64,000 bases of DNA from Cenarchaeum sp. (GCA_965206845.1 OZ242221.1:352001-416000); one strand, 5' to 3'; positions 1-10,071 are shown, counted from the stretch's first letter. The notes: generated by a model from the sequence alone, not told the origin. A program made the numbers and translations.

Positions 1-20
1 AAAATAGCTTTTTAAAGAAG

Positions 21-416
21 ATGCCCAAATCTGCCCTATTGGCCAGGAGATACACCAAGGAACACGAATGGGTGGACACAATAGACGGCGGCATCATAGT
101 GGGAATTACGGAATTTGCACAGGACCAGCTTGGCGATGTGGTCTCTGTCGAACTGCCCGAGGTCGGGGTCTCTTACAGGCAGAATGACGCCATGGCAATA
201 ATAGACTCCGTAAAGACATCAACGGACGTATACAGTCCGGTGGATGGGCGGGTCACCCATGTCAACGAGAGCCTGCTGTCACAGCCTGAACTGATCAACA
301 AGTCACCGCATCAGGACGGGTGGATTGTAAAGATGGTACCGGAGCATCGGGCCCAGTTGGACTCTATGCTCACCGAGGACCAGTACGACGAATTGGTTGG
401 CAACGCTGAGAAATAA
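21..416 (+). CDS. gcvH: Glycine cleavage system H protein
   Basis: YTKEHEWV, GITEFAQDQLGDVV, lipoyl-Lys motif IDSVKT, SPVDG, INKSPHQDGW. Confidence 0.95.
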   Translation: MPKSALLARRYTKEHEWVDTIDGGIIVGITEFAQDQLGDVVSVELPEVGVSYRQNDAMAIIDSVKTSTDVYSPVDGRVTHVNESLLSQPELINKSPHQDGWIVKMVPEHRAQLDSMLTEDQYDELVGNAEK

Positions 417-1673
417 ATGAACTACATTCCACACACAGGGGAGCACATCTCGGAGATGCTCGCTGCAATAGGCTGCCGGACGGTCGACGAGCTTGTGCCA
501 AGGCAGGTTCCCAGAGCGGCAAGACTCGACCTTGGAAAGTCCATGAGCGAGATGGAGATTGTATCGTACATCGAGTCGCTTGCCGCAAAGAACACACAGA
601 CCAAGTGCTTCGCGGGTGGCGGCTCGTACGACCACTACATCCCCTCTGCCATAAGCCACATAGTTATGAGGGGGGAATTTCTCACCTCATACACCCCGTA
701 CCAAGCAGAGGCAAGCCAGGGGGTGCTGCAGGCGCTATACGAATACCAATCATACATATGCCTGCTCACCGGAATGGATGTCTCCAACGCGTCACTTTAT
801 GACGGAGCCTCGGCCCTGGCAGAGGCCGTGCTCTTGGCCCACTCGTACACAAAAAGAAGAGGCGTTTTCGTGGATGGGGGATTGAATCCCGCATACCTTC
901 AGGTTCTCAGGACATACTGCGAGGGAACCGACATCTTCATTTCGGATGCCATAAACGACGATGTGGCATGCGTCATACAGCAGACGCCCGCCTTTGACGG
1001 TTCCATAAGGAATCCCACACACATGGCAGAGAAGGCCCACCGGAACGGATCGCTCTTCATAAGCTGCATATCGGATCCCACATCGCTGGCCATCATGCGT
1101 CCTCCCGGGGAGGCAGGGGCGGACATGGTGACGGGCGAGGGGCAGGCATTCGGAATACCCAAGAGCTTTGGGGGCCCGTATCTCGGATTCATGGCGGTCA
1201 GGAATAAGCTGACCAAGAAACTGCCCGGAAGGATAGTGGGCGCAACCCGGGACGGGTCTGGCAGGCGGGGATTTGTTCTTACGCTACAGGCAAGAGAGCA
1301 GTTCATCAGGCGGGAACGCGCCACCAGCAACATAACGACAAACCAGACGCTCTTGGCGCTGTCTGCGACCATATACCTGGCCCTGCTGGGAAGGACCGGC
1401 CTTCGGTCGGTTGCCCGTACCTCGTACCGTCGGGCGCACCGGCTACAGCAAATGCTGCACACAAGGGGGTTCCGCACCATAACGCCGGGCCCGTTCTACA
1501 ACGAGTTTCTTGTAGAGACGCCAAGGCCCGCGGCGGACATACTGGAACGCCTACAGCGGTACGGCATACTGGGAGGAATCGCAGTGGACGATTACAGGCT
1601 GCTTATATGCTGCACAGAAAAGAGCACCATGCCGGACATGGAGACGTATGCGAAGGAGGCCTCCTTGCAATGA
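417..1673 (+). CDS. gcvPA: Glycine dehydrogenase (decarboxylating) subunit 1
   Basis: EFLTSYTPYQAEASQG, SNASLYDGASALAEA, SFGGPYLG, REQFIRRERATSNITT. Confidence 0.95.
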   Translation: MNYIPHTGEHISEMLAAIGCRTVDELVPRQVPRAARLDLGKSMSEMEIVSYIESLAAKNTQTKCFAGGGSYDHYIPSAISHIVMRGEFLTSYTPYQAEASQGVLQALYEYQSYICLLTGMDVSNASLYDGASALAEAVLLAHSYTKRRGVFVDGGLNPAYLQVLRTYCEGTDIFISDAINDDVACVIQQTPAFDGSIRNPTHMAEKAHRNGSLFISCISDPTSLAIMRPPGEAGADMVTGEGQAFGIPKSFGGPYLGFMAVRNKLTKKLPGRIVGATRDGSGRRGFVLTLQAREQFIRRERATSNITTNQTLLALSATIYLALLGRTGLRSVARTSYRRAHRLQQMLHTRGFRTITPGPFYNEFLVETPRPAADILERLQRYGILGGIAVDDYRLLICCTEKSTMPDMETYAKEASLQ

Positions 1674-3115
1674 CCGCACGCGGCAGGACTGCGCCCACGA
1701 AGCTTATCTTTGATTACGGCCAAGCAAGCACCGGACACGTCCACACGGATGAAGACGGCATAAAAGACCGGTTTCCGGAACGGGAATGCCTGCCCCTGCC
1801 GGATGTGAGCGAGCTGCAGGTGATCCGCCACTATACGGAGCTCTCCAGAAAAAACTACGGAATAGACACCGGCATATATCCGCTGGGCTCGTGCACCATG
1901 AAGTACAACCCGCGCGTAAACGAGGATATGGCCAGGCTCCCCGGATTCGCAGGCATGCACCCCCGCGCCCCGCCGTCCCACGCGCAGGGCGCGCTGGAGG
2001 TCATGTGGGAACTGCAGGAGGCCCTCAAGGAGATCACCGGCATGGACGCGTTCAGCCTCCAGCCTGCCGCCGGCTCCCAGGGGGAGCTGCTGGGGGTCAT
2101 GATCGCCAAGAGATACTTTGCGGACATGGGCGAGAGGCGCACCCGAATAATAATTCCGGACTCGGCGCACGGAACGAATCCCGCTACTGCCGCCACATGC
2201 CGGTTCCAGACCGTAACGGTACGCAGTGACGAGCGCGGAAACATGGACTTGGACGGGTTCCGGCAGGCCATAGGGGACGACGTGGCCGTGGTGATGATCA
2301 CAAACCCCAACACGCTGGGGTTCTACGAGGAGCACCTTCAGGAGATAACGGATCTGTCAAGGAAGCACGGAACACTGCTGTACTGCGACGGGGCAAACAT
2401 GAACGCGATGCTGGGAATCAGCAAGCCCGCGGAGCAGGGGTTTGACATGATGCACCTGAACCTGCACAAGACGTTCTCCACCCCGCACGGCGGCGGCGGG
2501 CCCGGCGGGGGCGCCCTGGGAGTCAGATCATTCCTTGAGGAGTACCTGCCGGTGCCAAGGGTTGTGAGGCATGACAGCGGCCCCACGTTTGATCTAGACC
2601 ACAACCACGAAAAGAGCGTCGGCAGGATCCACTCGTTTTATGGAAATTTTGGAGTCATGCTCAGGGCCCTGGCGTATATCAAATCGTGGGGATCCGACAT
2701 TGTGAATGTCTCGGAGGCGGCCCTACTCAATGCAAACTACCTTCTGGGCCTCATAAGGGGGAGCTTTGACGTGCCGTATGACCGGCGGTGCGCCCACGAG
2801 TTTGTGGTGTCTGCAAGAAGGTTTGGCGAGAAGAGCGCCCTGAACATGGCAAAAAGGATGATCGACTATGGATTCCACCCGCCCACCGTATACTTTCCGC
2901 TCATAGTAAAGGAGGCCCTAATGATAGAGCCCACCGAGACGGAGAGCAAGGAGACGTTGGACCGGCTTGCCGGCGCGTTTTTAGCGATAGCGAGCGAGAT
3001 GGACCAGAATCCGGACATGCTCGACGGCGCGCCCCACACCACGGCCACCGGAAGGCTGGACGAGGTGATGGCCGCGCGGCGCCTTGACCTGCGCTGGAAG
3101 CCCCCGGAGGGATGA
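1670..3115 (+). CDS. gcvPB: Glycine dehydrogenase subunit 2
   Basis: YPLGSCTMKYNP, SAHGTNPATA, PLP-Lys motif HLNLHKTFSTPHGGGGPG; start moved to the ATGA overlap at 1670. Confidence 0.95.
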   Translation: MTARGRTAPTKLIFDYGQASTGHVHTDEDGIKDRFPERECLPLPDVSELQVIRHYTELSRKNYGIDTGIYPLGSCTMKYNPRVNEDMARLPGFAGMHPRAPPSHAQGALEVMWELQEALKEITGMDAFSLQPAAGSQGELLGVMIAKRYFADMGERRTRIIIPDSAHGTNPATAATCRFQTVTVRSDERGNMDLDGFRQAIGDDVAVVMITNPNTLGFYEEHLQEITDLSRKHGTLLYCDGANMNAMLGISKPAEQGFDMMHLNLHKTFSTPHGGGGPGGGALGVRSFLEEYLPVPRVVRHDSGPTFDLDHNHEKSVGRIHSFYGNFGVMLRALAYIKSWGSDIVNVSEAALLNANYLLGLIRGSFDVPYDRRCAHEFVVSARRFGEKSALNMAKRMIDYGFHPPTVYFPLIVKEALMIEPTETESKETLDRLAGAFLAIASEMDQNPDMLDGAPHTTATGRLDEVMAARRLDLRWKPPEG

Positions 3116-3118
3116 CGC

Positions 3119-3424
3119 ATGGACCATGACCGGGACAGCACGGTTGTAACCGAACATACGGCAAAGCTGGAGAAGATGGTGAGAATAAGGCTGGACTATT
3201 CCCGCCAATCCCGCACGATAAGGTCCATAAGGATAACCGGGGACTTTTTCATGCATCCGGAGGACGCGATAGAGGGCCTGGAGATGGGGCTGCGGGGGGC
3301 AGAGCTGAAAAGGGACACCCTGAGGCAGAGAATCTCCTCGGCCCTTGCCGGTACCCGGTGCTTTGGGTTTGACGAGGAATCGCTGGCGGGGGCAATATTG
3401 GATGCGGGAGGCGGTGCGCCATAA
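3119..3424 (+). CDS. Lipoate-protein ligase C-terminal domain protein (LplB-like)
   Basis: IRITGDFFMHPEDAIEGLE motif of the LplA C-terminal domain; adjacent to the catalytic subunit. Confidence 0.8.
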   Translation: MDHDRDSTVVTEHTAKLEKMVRIRLDYSRQSRTIRSIRITGDFFMHPEDAIEGLEMGLRGAELKRDTLRQRISSALAGTRCFGFDEESLAGAILDAGGGAP

Positions 3425-3477
3425 GGTTTGAGCGCATCAAGATACTGGAGACCGGCTTTGGCACAGGCCCGTGGAAT

Positions 3478-4155
3478 ATGGCCGTCGATGAGTGCCTCCT
3501 TTACAGGTATGGCGCCTCCGGGGACACCGTTTTACGGATATACGGTTGGTCCCGGCCATGCATAACGATAGGCTACTTTCAGGGAGCGCGCGAGGAGGTT
3601 AATCTGGAACGGTGCGAGCACAGCCGGGTGGATGTTGTAAGGAGAATCACCGGCGGGGGAGCGGTGTTTCACGATATGGAGGTTACATACTCGCTGGTCA
3701 CCGGGAGGTTTCCTTCAGACATAATGGCATCATACCGGGGCATATGCGACATGGTAATATCGGGGCTGGGCCGCATGGGTTTGGACGCATCGTTCTCCCC
3801 GCTCAACGATGTCACCGTAAAGGGGAGGAAGGTCTGCGGCAATGCCCAGACAAGAAAGGGTAGCGCGCTGCTGCAGCACGGCACCATACTGCTGGATGTG
3901 GATGTGGAAAAGATGTTCTCGCTGCTCAACGTGCCCACCGCAAAGATACGGGACAAGGCCATTGCGGGTGTGAAGGAGAGGGTGGCGGGCATAGGCCGTA
4001 CATTCGGACAGACCACCGAGGCGCTAAAGAGGGGCGCGCAGGACGCGTTTGGCTGTGAGCTGGACACCATGTCGCTGTCCCGGGAGGACACCACAGAATG
4101 CAGGAGGATAATGGCTGCAAGATACTCCCAAGAGTCGTGGACGCACAGGAGATAG
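3478..4155 (+). CDS. lplA: Lipoate-protein ligase A family catalytic subunit; homology extends upstream to about 3421
   Basis: WNMAVDE, VVRRITGGGAVFHD, KVCGNAQ, LQHGTILL. Confidence 0.9.
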   Translation: MAVDECLLYRYGASGDTVLRIYGWSRPCITIGYFQGAREEVNLERCEHSRVDVVRRITGGGAVFHDMEVTYSLVTGRFPSDIMASYRGICDMVISGLGRMGLDASFSPLNDVTVKGRKVCGNAQTRKGSALLQHGTILLDVDVEKMFSLLNVPTAKIRDKAIAGVKERVAGIGRTFGQTTEALKRGAQDAFGCELDTMSLSREDTTECRRIMAARYSQESWTHRR

Positions 4156-4601
4156 TGCACGGCGGCAGGGGCTGCCCTGCCCGGCAATGCCGGAAACCGC
4201 ACCTGCGGGCGCGCCCGCCACACGGGGGCCCGACCGCCATGCGCACCATGGCTGCGTCCCGCAGGCACGACACTGGCTGCAAGGAATGCAAAAACCAGCG
4301 GCTGGCAGAAAGAGGCAGATCCTCGCCCAACCCCATGCAAGGCGGTGCCGACAAATCGTGTAGATGCGCACCCGCACAGCGTCGGGGCGCCCGCGCCCCA
4401 AGAGATGCAGCAAAACGAGCCCCCCCCCCCGGCAGGTCGGGGGAAGGGCCACGGGCGGCCACAATGAGAAAACCCTGTGCCACAGAAATCCGATCCCAAC
4501 ACGAGAATCTGCGTACCGGAAGGGCGGTTGGCGTTCCGGGTGCCTTTGGCGGGCGCCGTCGCCCTCGCAATATTTATTGCATATTGTATTGACCCCCTTC
4601 C

Positions 4602-5921
4602 ATGTATGACGCCATAGTTGTGGGGGCCGGGCCCGGGGGCTACGCGTGCGCCATGAGCCTGGCCAAAGGCGGCGCCAGGGTGTGCATAATAGAGCGGAAC
4701 GGCCTTGGCGGCACCTGCACCCAGAGAGGATGCATCCCTACAAAGTATCTTCATGCGATGGGCGACTTGGCCCGGAGGACGAGGGCCGCAAAGAGGCACG
4801 GCATAGGGGACGGCACCATAAGCGTCAATTATGACATGCTGAGCGCCGGCATGAGGGGCACAATATCCAGGATTGCCTCGGGGATGCGGCTCCAGCTCCG
4901 ACAGCACAACGTGGACACAATATCCGGGGAGGCCAGCGTGATATCGCCCGACATTGTAGAGGTTGGCGGGGCGCGATACGAGACCCGCAATGTGGTGCTG
5001 GCGACAGGGAGCGGGCCCAAGACCGTCGATTTGGCAGGATATGACACGCTTACCACCGACTCCGTGTTTGAGATGCAGAGTCTCCCCGAATCCATACTGG
5101 TCATAGGAGGAGGGTATAGCGGATGCGAGTTTGCGTCCATACTGAATGCCTTGGGCTGCAGGGTGTGGCTGGCCGAAGCGCAAGGATCCCTCCTGCCTGG
5201 GCAGCCAAAGGTGGTGGGGGATACAATAGAAAAGTACATGAAGCTGGACGGCATATCGGTATTCACCGGCTCCACGGCAAACGCACACGACGGCCATATT
5301 GCGGTGGGGAATGACGAGATAGACCCCGAGGCCATACTGGCCTGTGTGGGAAGATACCCGGTTCTGGACGCAGACCGGCTCGATATGCTGGGCGTCAAAT
5401 ATACCTACAGGGGGATAGCCGTGGATGCAAGAATGCAGACCAGCGCAGACAGGATATATGCGGTAGGCGACGTTACTGGGGTATACGAGCTGGCGCATGT
5501 GGCCACGCGTCAGGGGGAAGTCGCGGCGCAGAACATGCTGGGCCGACACACCCAGATAGACTACACCACAGTACCCTACTGCGTGTTCACGTACCCAGAG
5601 GTGGCCATGGTGGGAAGGCTGGAGGGCCAGGCGGCCACGGTGCAGATGGCCGCCAGTGCAAAGGCAAACTGCCTGGGGCAGACCCGGGGGTTTGTCAGGG
5701 TGTATGCCAGAAACGGTACACTGCGGGGGGCGCTGATAGTGAGCGCGCACGCCAGCGAGATCATAGGCGAGGCGGCGCTGGCCATAAGGATGGGCCTCAG
5801 ACCCCAAGACGTGGTCGACACCATACACGCGCACCCCACCCTGCCGGAGGCCCTTGCCGACGCGGCGGCCACCGCAGCACGCATGCAGGAGGACGCAGAG
5901 TCGTGTCCGGGGCCAGAATAG
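4602..5921 (+). CDS. lpdA: Dihydrolipoamide dehydrogenase (GCS L protein)
   Basis: GAGPGG, redox-active GGTCTQRGCIPTK, IGGGYSG, C-terminal HAHPTLPE. Confidence 0.92.
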   Translation: MYDAIVVGAGPGGYACAMSLAKGGARVCIIERNGLGGTCTQRGCIPTKYLHAMGDLARRTRAAKRHGIGDGTISVNYDMLSAGMRGTISRIASGMRLQLRQHNVDTISGEASVISPDIVEVGGARYETRNVVLATGSGPKTVDLAGYDTLTTDSVFEMQSLPESILVIGGGYSGCEFASILNALGCRVWLAEAQGSLLPGQPKVVGDTIEKYMKLDGISVFTGSTANAHDGHIAVGNDEIDPEAILACVGRYPVLDADRLDMLGVKYTYRGIAVDARMQTSADRIYAVGDVTGVYELAHVATRQGEVAAQNMLGRHTQIDYTTVPYCVFTYPEVAMVGRLEGQAATVQMAASAKANCLGQTRGFVRVYARNGTLRGALIVSAHASEIIGEAALAIRMGLRPQDVVDTIHAHPTLPEALADAAATAARMQEDAESCPGPE

Positions 5922-6829
5922 GGATAGAGCTGGGCATACGGGCCCCCGCAAAGGCCGTGCGGAGGGCGGCCGGACTGGCAGGATCTTATGCGGGATACTT
6001 TCTGGTTCCCGAGACCCACCCGCACATAATGGGGGTCGATGCGCTGGACATGATACTGGAGGTATCGGCAGGGCTCCCAAGCCGCGCATGCGTGGGCACC
6101 GGCGTAATCAGCGTGTTTTCCCGCACCAGTGCGGACATGCTAGATCAGGCGCTCCGCATCCACTGCACCATGGGAGAGCGGTTCATCTTGGGGATCGGCA
6201 CAAGCGCGCCGGTTGTCGTAGAGGGCATGTGGAAGATGGAGTTTCGCAGGCCCGTATCCCGTCTTGTGTCATATACCAGGAGCCTCCGGGAACATGGGTA
6301 TACGGGGCCCATATACTGGGCCGCGGTGGGCGAGAGGACGCTGCGGCTCGCCATGCAGAACGCCGACGGCGTCATCTTCTTTCTCAAGCCGCGCTCACAC
6401 ATGCCAGGGCACGTCAGGGCAATCCGGGAGGGGGCGCCGCCGGAATTTGGCATAATGTCCATCATTCCCGTATCCATGAGTCGCGGCCCGGCGCATGACG
6501 CCCATATGGATGTAAAAACGACCGTTGCCGGATATCTGGGCGCAAACGGCTTTTATGGCGAGCCCCTGGCCGCGGCGGGGTTTGACGTTGCCAGCATACG
6601 GGACGCATACGTCAGAGAAGGGGTGCGGGGCGGGGCACGCATGGTGGGCGACCGCATGTTGGACGAAGTGCAGGCGGTATGGGGCACCCCCGAGTCCTGC
6701 GCCCGTGCGATACGCGGCATGGCCCAAAAGTCGGAGGCCGACGTGCTGGTTCTGGGCTTTGATCTTCCGCCTGACAGGTATGACGACGCATTCTTTGAGG
6801 GCCTGGACACGTTGCTGCGGGGGCTGTAG
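5903..6829 (+). CDS. LLM-class (luciferase-like) flavin/F420-dependent oxidoreductase
   Basis: VGTGVISVFSR, GERFILGIG, PIYWAAVGERTLRLAMQNADGV are typical of the LLM family. Confidence 0.75.
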   Translation: MSGARIGIELGIRAPAKAVRRAAGLAGSYAGYFLVPETHPHIMGVDALDMILEVSAGLPSRACVGTGVISVFSRTSADMLDQALRIHCTMGERFILGIGTSAPVVVEGMWKMEFRRPVSRLVSYTRSLREHGYTGPIYWAAVGERTLRLAMQNADGVIFFLKPRSHMPGHVRAIREGAPPEFGIMSIIPVSMSRGPAHDAHMDVKTTVAGYLGANGFYGEPLAAAGFDVASIRDAYVREGVRGGARMVGDRMLDEVQAVWGTPESCARAIRGMAQKSEADVLVLGFDLPPDRYDDAFFEGLDTLLRGL

Positions 6830-6833
6830 GCGG

Positions 6834-7910
6834 ATGGTGTGGCTCTCGGGCATTTCGGTGGTCAAGGCGCCGTTCCGCTATTCCATATCGGAGATTGTGG
6901 ACGACATGCTGCGGGACAAAATGGACAGGGAGGCAAGGGAGTATGCCAAGAGCCGGCTGGGCATTGATTACGTTTACAAGTCATACGATCTGTCAAGGGT
7001 GGACTTTGGGAGCGACCAGTATCTGGAGCCCCACATCGCGATGGACGGGCTGTACCGGCAGACCGCCAGCGCATCCCTGGGCGGAATGGACCGGTCCGGC
7101 ATAGGAATGCTGATTACCGTCAACGACAATCCCCAATACCTGGATCCGGCACCCGCCGCGAGTTTGGTGCCGCAGCTCTCTCTGCGCCACGACATAAGGG
7201 CGCAGAACCTGCAGGGGCTTGCGTGCTCGGCGCTTCCGGAGTCCCTTCTGAACTCGGCGGGGCACTTTGCCATGGGCGGCAGGGGGGACGTGCTACTAGT
7301 CATGGGGTCCGGCTATACGGAGTGGTTTCTGGACAGGATAAAGCAGATCAAGCACGTCACAAGAAAGAGCCGGGGCGACTTTTACAGTATGATATACTTT
7401 CTCATATTCAGCGATGCCGCCGCGTCGGCCATAATATCGTCAGAACCGGACGGGGCGCAGGTGCGCATAGACCCGCACAACGTGGTCGTGTCAAGGAGCG
7501 CAAGGCCCGCCCCGGCGGCCACACTGAAGATGTCGCCGGACAGCAGATGCAGGGTGATATTTGACATGAGCCTAGACCCCCGGGGCCTGCGGGACGACAT
7601 TGTGCGTTTGGCCGCCAGGAGCCTCATGCGGCTGCAGAGGGCCATCCCAGAGGAGATAGAGATATTCGGCATACACACAGCGGGAAAAAAATTTGTGGAC
7701 TCGGTGGCCGAAGGGTGCAATCTGGACCCCTCAAAGATACGCATGAGCTATGACATGATGAGCAGCACGGGCAACATGGGCGCCCTCAGCTCCATACAGT
7801 TTGTAGACGAATGCATCAGGCGGGATGCAATATCCAAGGGCGGCATGGGCTGCTTCATAGACTACGGTTGGGAGGGCGCGGGCGCCTTTGCCTTTGAGAG
7901 GACATCATAA
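6834..7910 (+). CDS. Type III PKS / KAS III (thiolase-fold) condensing enzyme
   Basis: Cys-His-Asn triad in GLACSA, GIHTAGKK, TGNMGALS, plus LIFSDAAAS; start placed at ATG 6834 after the LLM stop. Confidence 0.7.
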   Translation: MVWLSGISVVKAPFRYSISEIVDDMLRDKMDREAREYAKSRLGIDYVYKSYDLSRVDFGSDQYLEPHIAMDGLYRQTASASLGGMDRSGIGMLITVNDNPQYLDPAPAASLVPQLSLRHDIRAQNLQGLACSALPESLLNSAGHFAMGGRGDVLLVMGSGYTEWFLDRIKQIKHVTRKSRGDFYSMIYFLIFSDAAASAIISSEPDGAQVRIDPHNVVVSRSARPAPAATLKMSPDSRCRVIFDMSLDPRGLRDDIVRLAARSLMRLQRAIPEEIEIFGIHTAGKKFVDSVAEGCNLDPSKIRMSYDMMSSTGNMGALSSIQFVDECIRRDAISKGGMGCFIDYGWEGAGAFAFERTS

Positions 7911-8804
7911 TGCAGTAGGGCGCATGCCCCGGCAGCCCGATACAATATCCGATATGTCCGAGGCCCGAAAGGAGCTCCGCACAAAGGGCCCGGCCTCCAC
8001 ATGCAGGAACCCCATGTCATACAGCATGTGTTTTAGATGGCCGAACCTCTCAGGATGTATGTACTCTTTGACCGGAAGGTGCCGTGCTGAAGGCTGCATG
8101 TACTGGCCCAGCGCAACAAAGTCCACTGCGGATTTCCGGAGGTCTGTGGCGGCCTCAAGTATCTCGCCTGTGGACTCGCCTAGCCCCAGCATTATGGATG
8201 ACTTTGTAAATATTCCGGGATGCCTCTTTTTGGTGTGGCGCAAGACCTGCAGTGACTGGGAGTAACCCGCTCGGCGGTCCCGGGCCTGCGGGCTGAGCCG
8301 GCGCACGGTTTCTATGTTGTGGCCCACCACATGGGGCCCCGCATCGGCCACCGCATCTATCAGGACACGGTCGCCTGCAAAGTCCGGAATCAGCGACTCC
8401 ACTATGGTATCGGGGCACCGGTGCCGTATGTGCCGAATGGTCTCTGCAAAATGCCCCGCCCCGCCGTCGGGAAGATCGTCCCGGCATACCGACGTTATCA
8501 CCGCGTACTGAAGGCCCAGGTCCCGTATTGCCCCGGCCACGGCGCCCGGCTCCCGCACATCCGGGGCCCCGGGCCTGCCGGTATTCACGTCGCAGAACCC
8601 GCAACCCCGGGTGCAGGTGTCGCCCATTATCATTATGGTGGCAGTACCGGTGCCCCAGCACTCGGCCACATTCGGGCACGATGCCTCCTGGCACACCGTA
8701 TGCAGATTGTGCCTCTTGATGGTCCTTCGCACGTTGGCGTATGTCTCGCCCGAGGGCATCCTCGTCTTCAGCCAGCGCGGATGTGCGAGAGTAGGGCCGC
8801 CCAT
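7905..8804 (-). CDS. lipA: Lipoyl synthase
   Basis: TVCQEASCPNVAECW auxiliary cluster motif, CTRGCGFC radical-SAM motif, VRSSFRA. Confidence 0.95.
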   Translation of the reverse strand: MGGPTLAHPRWLKTRMPSGETYANVRRTIKRHNLHTVCQEASCPNVAECWGTGTATIMIMGDTCTRGCGFCDVNTGRPGAPDVREPGAVAGAIRDLGLQYAVITSVCRDDLPDGGAGHFAETIRHIRHRCPDTIVESLIPDFAGDRVLIDAVADAGPHVVGHNIETVRRLSPQARDRRAGYSQSLQVLRHTKKRHPGIFTKSSIMLGLGESTGEILEAATDLRKSAVDFVALGQYMQPSARHLPVKEYIHPERFGHLKHMLYDMGFLHVEAGPFVRSSFRASDISDIVSGCRGMRPTAL

Positions 8805-8853
8805 GCCCTAGGCTTAATCAAGACATATCTATAATGGTAACGCCCCGTATGCA

Positions 8854-9915
8854 ATGAGAACCGTATTCTACGGGCGACACCGCAAGCTGGGCGCAAAGAT
8901 TGTGGACTTTTATGGCTGGGAGATGCCCCTCCAATACTCGGGGATCATTCAGGAGCACAAGGCCGTCCGAGGCAGTGCGGGCCTCTTTGATGTGTCACAC
9001 ATGGGGCGTTTCAAGATACGCGGTCCGGATGCCCAAGAGCTGATACAGCGCATCATAACAAACGACATACGCCAGGTGGCAGACGGCCAATCGCTGTACT
9101 CGCCTATGTGCAACCACAACGGCGGGATAGTGGACGATGTCATAGTGAGCAGGTTGGGTCCGGGTGATTTCATCATGGTGGTGAACGCGTCCAACAGGAC
9201 AAAGGACATGGACTGGATAATGGCCAGTGCAGACATGGGCCGGTGCGAGGTAAAGGACGTTACGGCCGAGACGGCCCTGCTGGCCCTGCAGGGCCCGCAG
9301 TCGCCCCGCATACTCGAGGAGATGGGTGCGGACATGGGAGGTGTGAGACCCTTCCGGCTTGCGCGCATGGATCTGGACGGCGCGCCCTGCGTCATATCCC
9401 GGACGGGATATACCGGAGAGGACGGCTTTGAGTTGCTTTTTGATGGCAGGCACGTGCACCTCTGGGATGCGATATTGGAGGCCGGCGCCGCATGTGGCAT
9501 AATGCCCGCAGGCCTGGGGGCGCGCGACACCCTGCGGCTGGAGGCGGGGATGATGCTGTATGGCAATGATATAGACGAGGACACCACCCCCCTAGAGGCG
9601 CCCTTGGGGTGGACAGTAAAGATGGAGGCGGATTTCATCGGCAGAGATGCACTGCTCTCAAGGAAGATAACAAAGAGGTTGCGGGGCTTTATGGTTGTCG
9701 GTTCTGGGCGTGTGGCAAGAAAGGGCGACACCGTATATGACAATGAGAGGCCGATAGGCACGGTCACGTCCGGCGGCTTCTCCCCCACGCTGGGCAGGCC
9801 CATCGGATACTGCTACGTTTTGCCGGAGTACGGGGTGGGGGCCCACGTTGCAGTAGGCATTGGCAAAAAGAGATACAAGGCACGGTTGGCATCCACCCGG
9901 TTCTACAAGCGATAG
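8854..9915 (+). CDS. gcvT: Aminomethyltransferase (GCS T protein)
   Basis: GLFDVSHMG, SRTGYTGEDGFE, GLGARDTLRLEAG. Confidence 0.95.
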   Translation: MRTVFYGRHRKLGAKIVDFYGWEMPLQYSGIIQEHKAVRGSAGLFDVSHMGRFKIRGPDAQELIQRIITNDIRQVADGQSLYSPMCNHNGGIVDDVIVSRLGPGDFIMVVNASNRTKDMDWIMASADMGRCEVKDVTAETALLALQGPQSPRILEEMGADMGGVRPFRLARMDLDGAPCVISRTGYTGEDGFELLFDGRHVHLWDAILEAGAACGIMPAGLGARDTLRLEAGMMLYGNDIDEDTTPLEAPLGWTVKMEADFIGRDALLSRKITKRLRGFMVVGSGRVARKGDTVYDNERPIGTVTSGGFSPTLGRPIGYCYVLPEYGVGAHVAVGIGKKRYKARLASTRFYKR

Positions 9916-10071
9916 TCAACGGGGCTTTTCCGGGCGTGGGATACTAAAAGTAGATCTTATACAAAACGTTAACCCCAGCGGACGCCATATTGGCAGCCAT
10001 GGCAGGCTCGAGGGTCGGGGGTGAACTGCCCCGGCGCGGTTCCAGACGGATGCCTGTCTGGAGGGAACGTG

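Noticed and set aside
41-50. GGGAATTA matches to the TIR tip in gcvH and near 32476
   Set aside because: Short matches inside intact coding sequence with no partner repeat or TSD.
4156-4601. Glycine riboswitch upstream of lpdA
   Set aside because: I could not find the conserved aptamer motifs (e.g. CTCTCAGG), and this riboswitch class is bacterial.
3669-6089. 806-aa minus-strand ORF and many other long antisense ORFs
   Set aside because: Shadow ORFs of real genes in high-GC DNA; no recognisable motifs.
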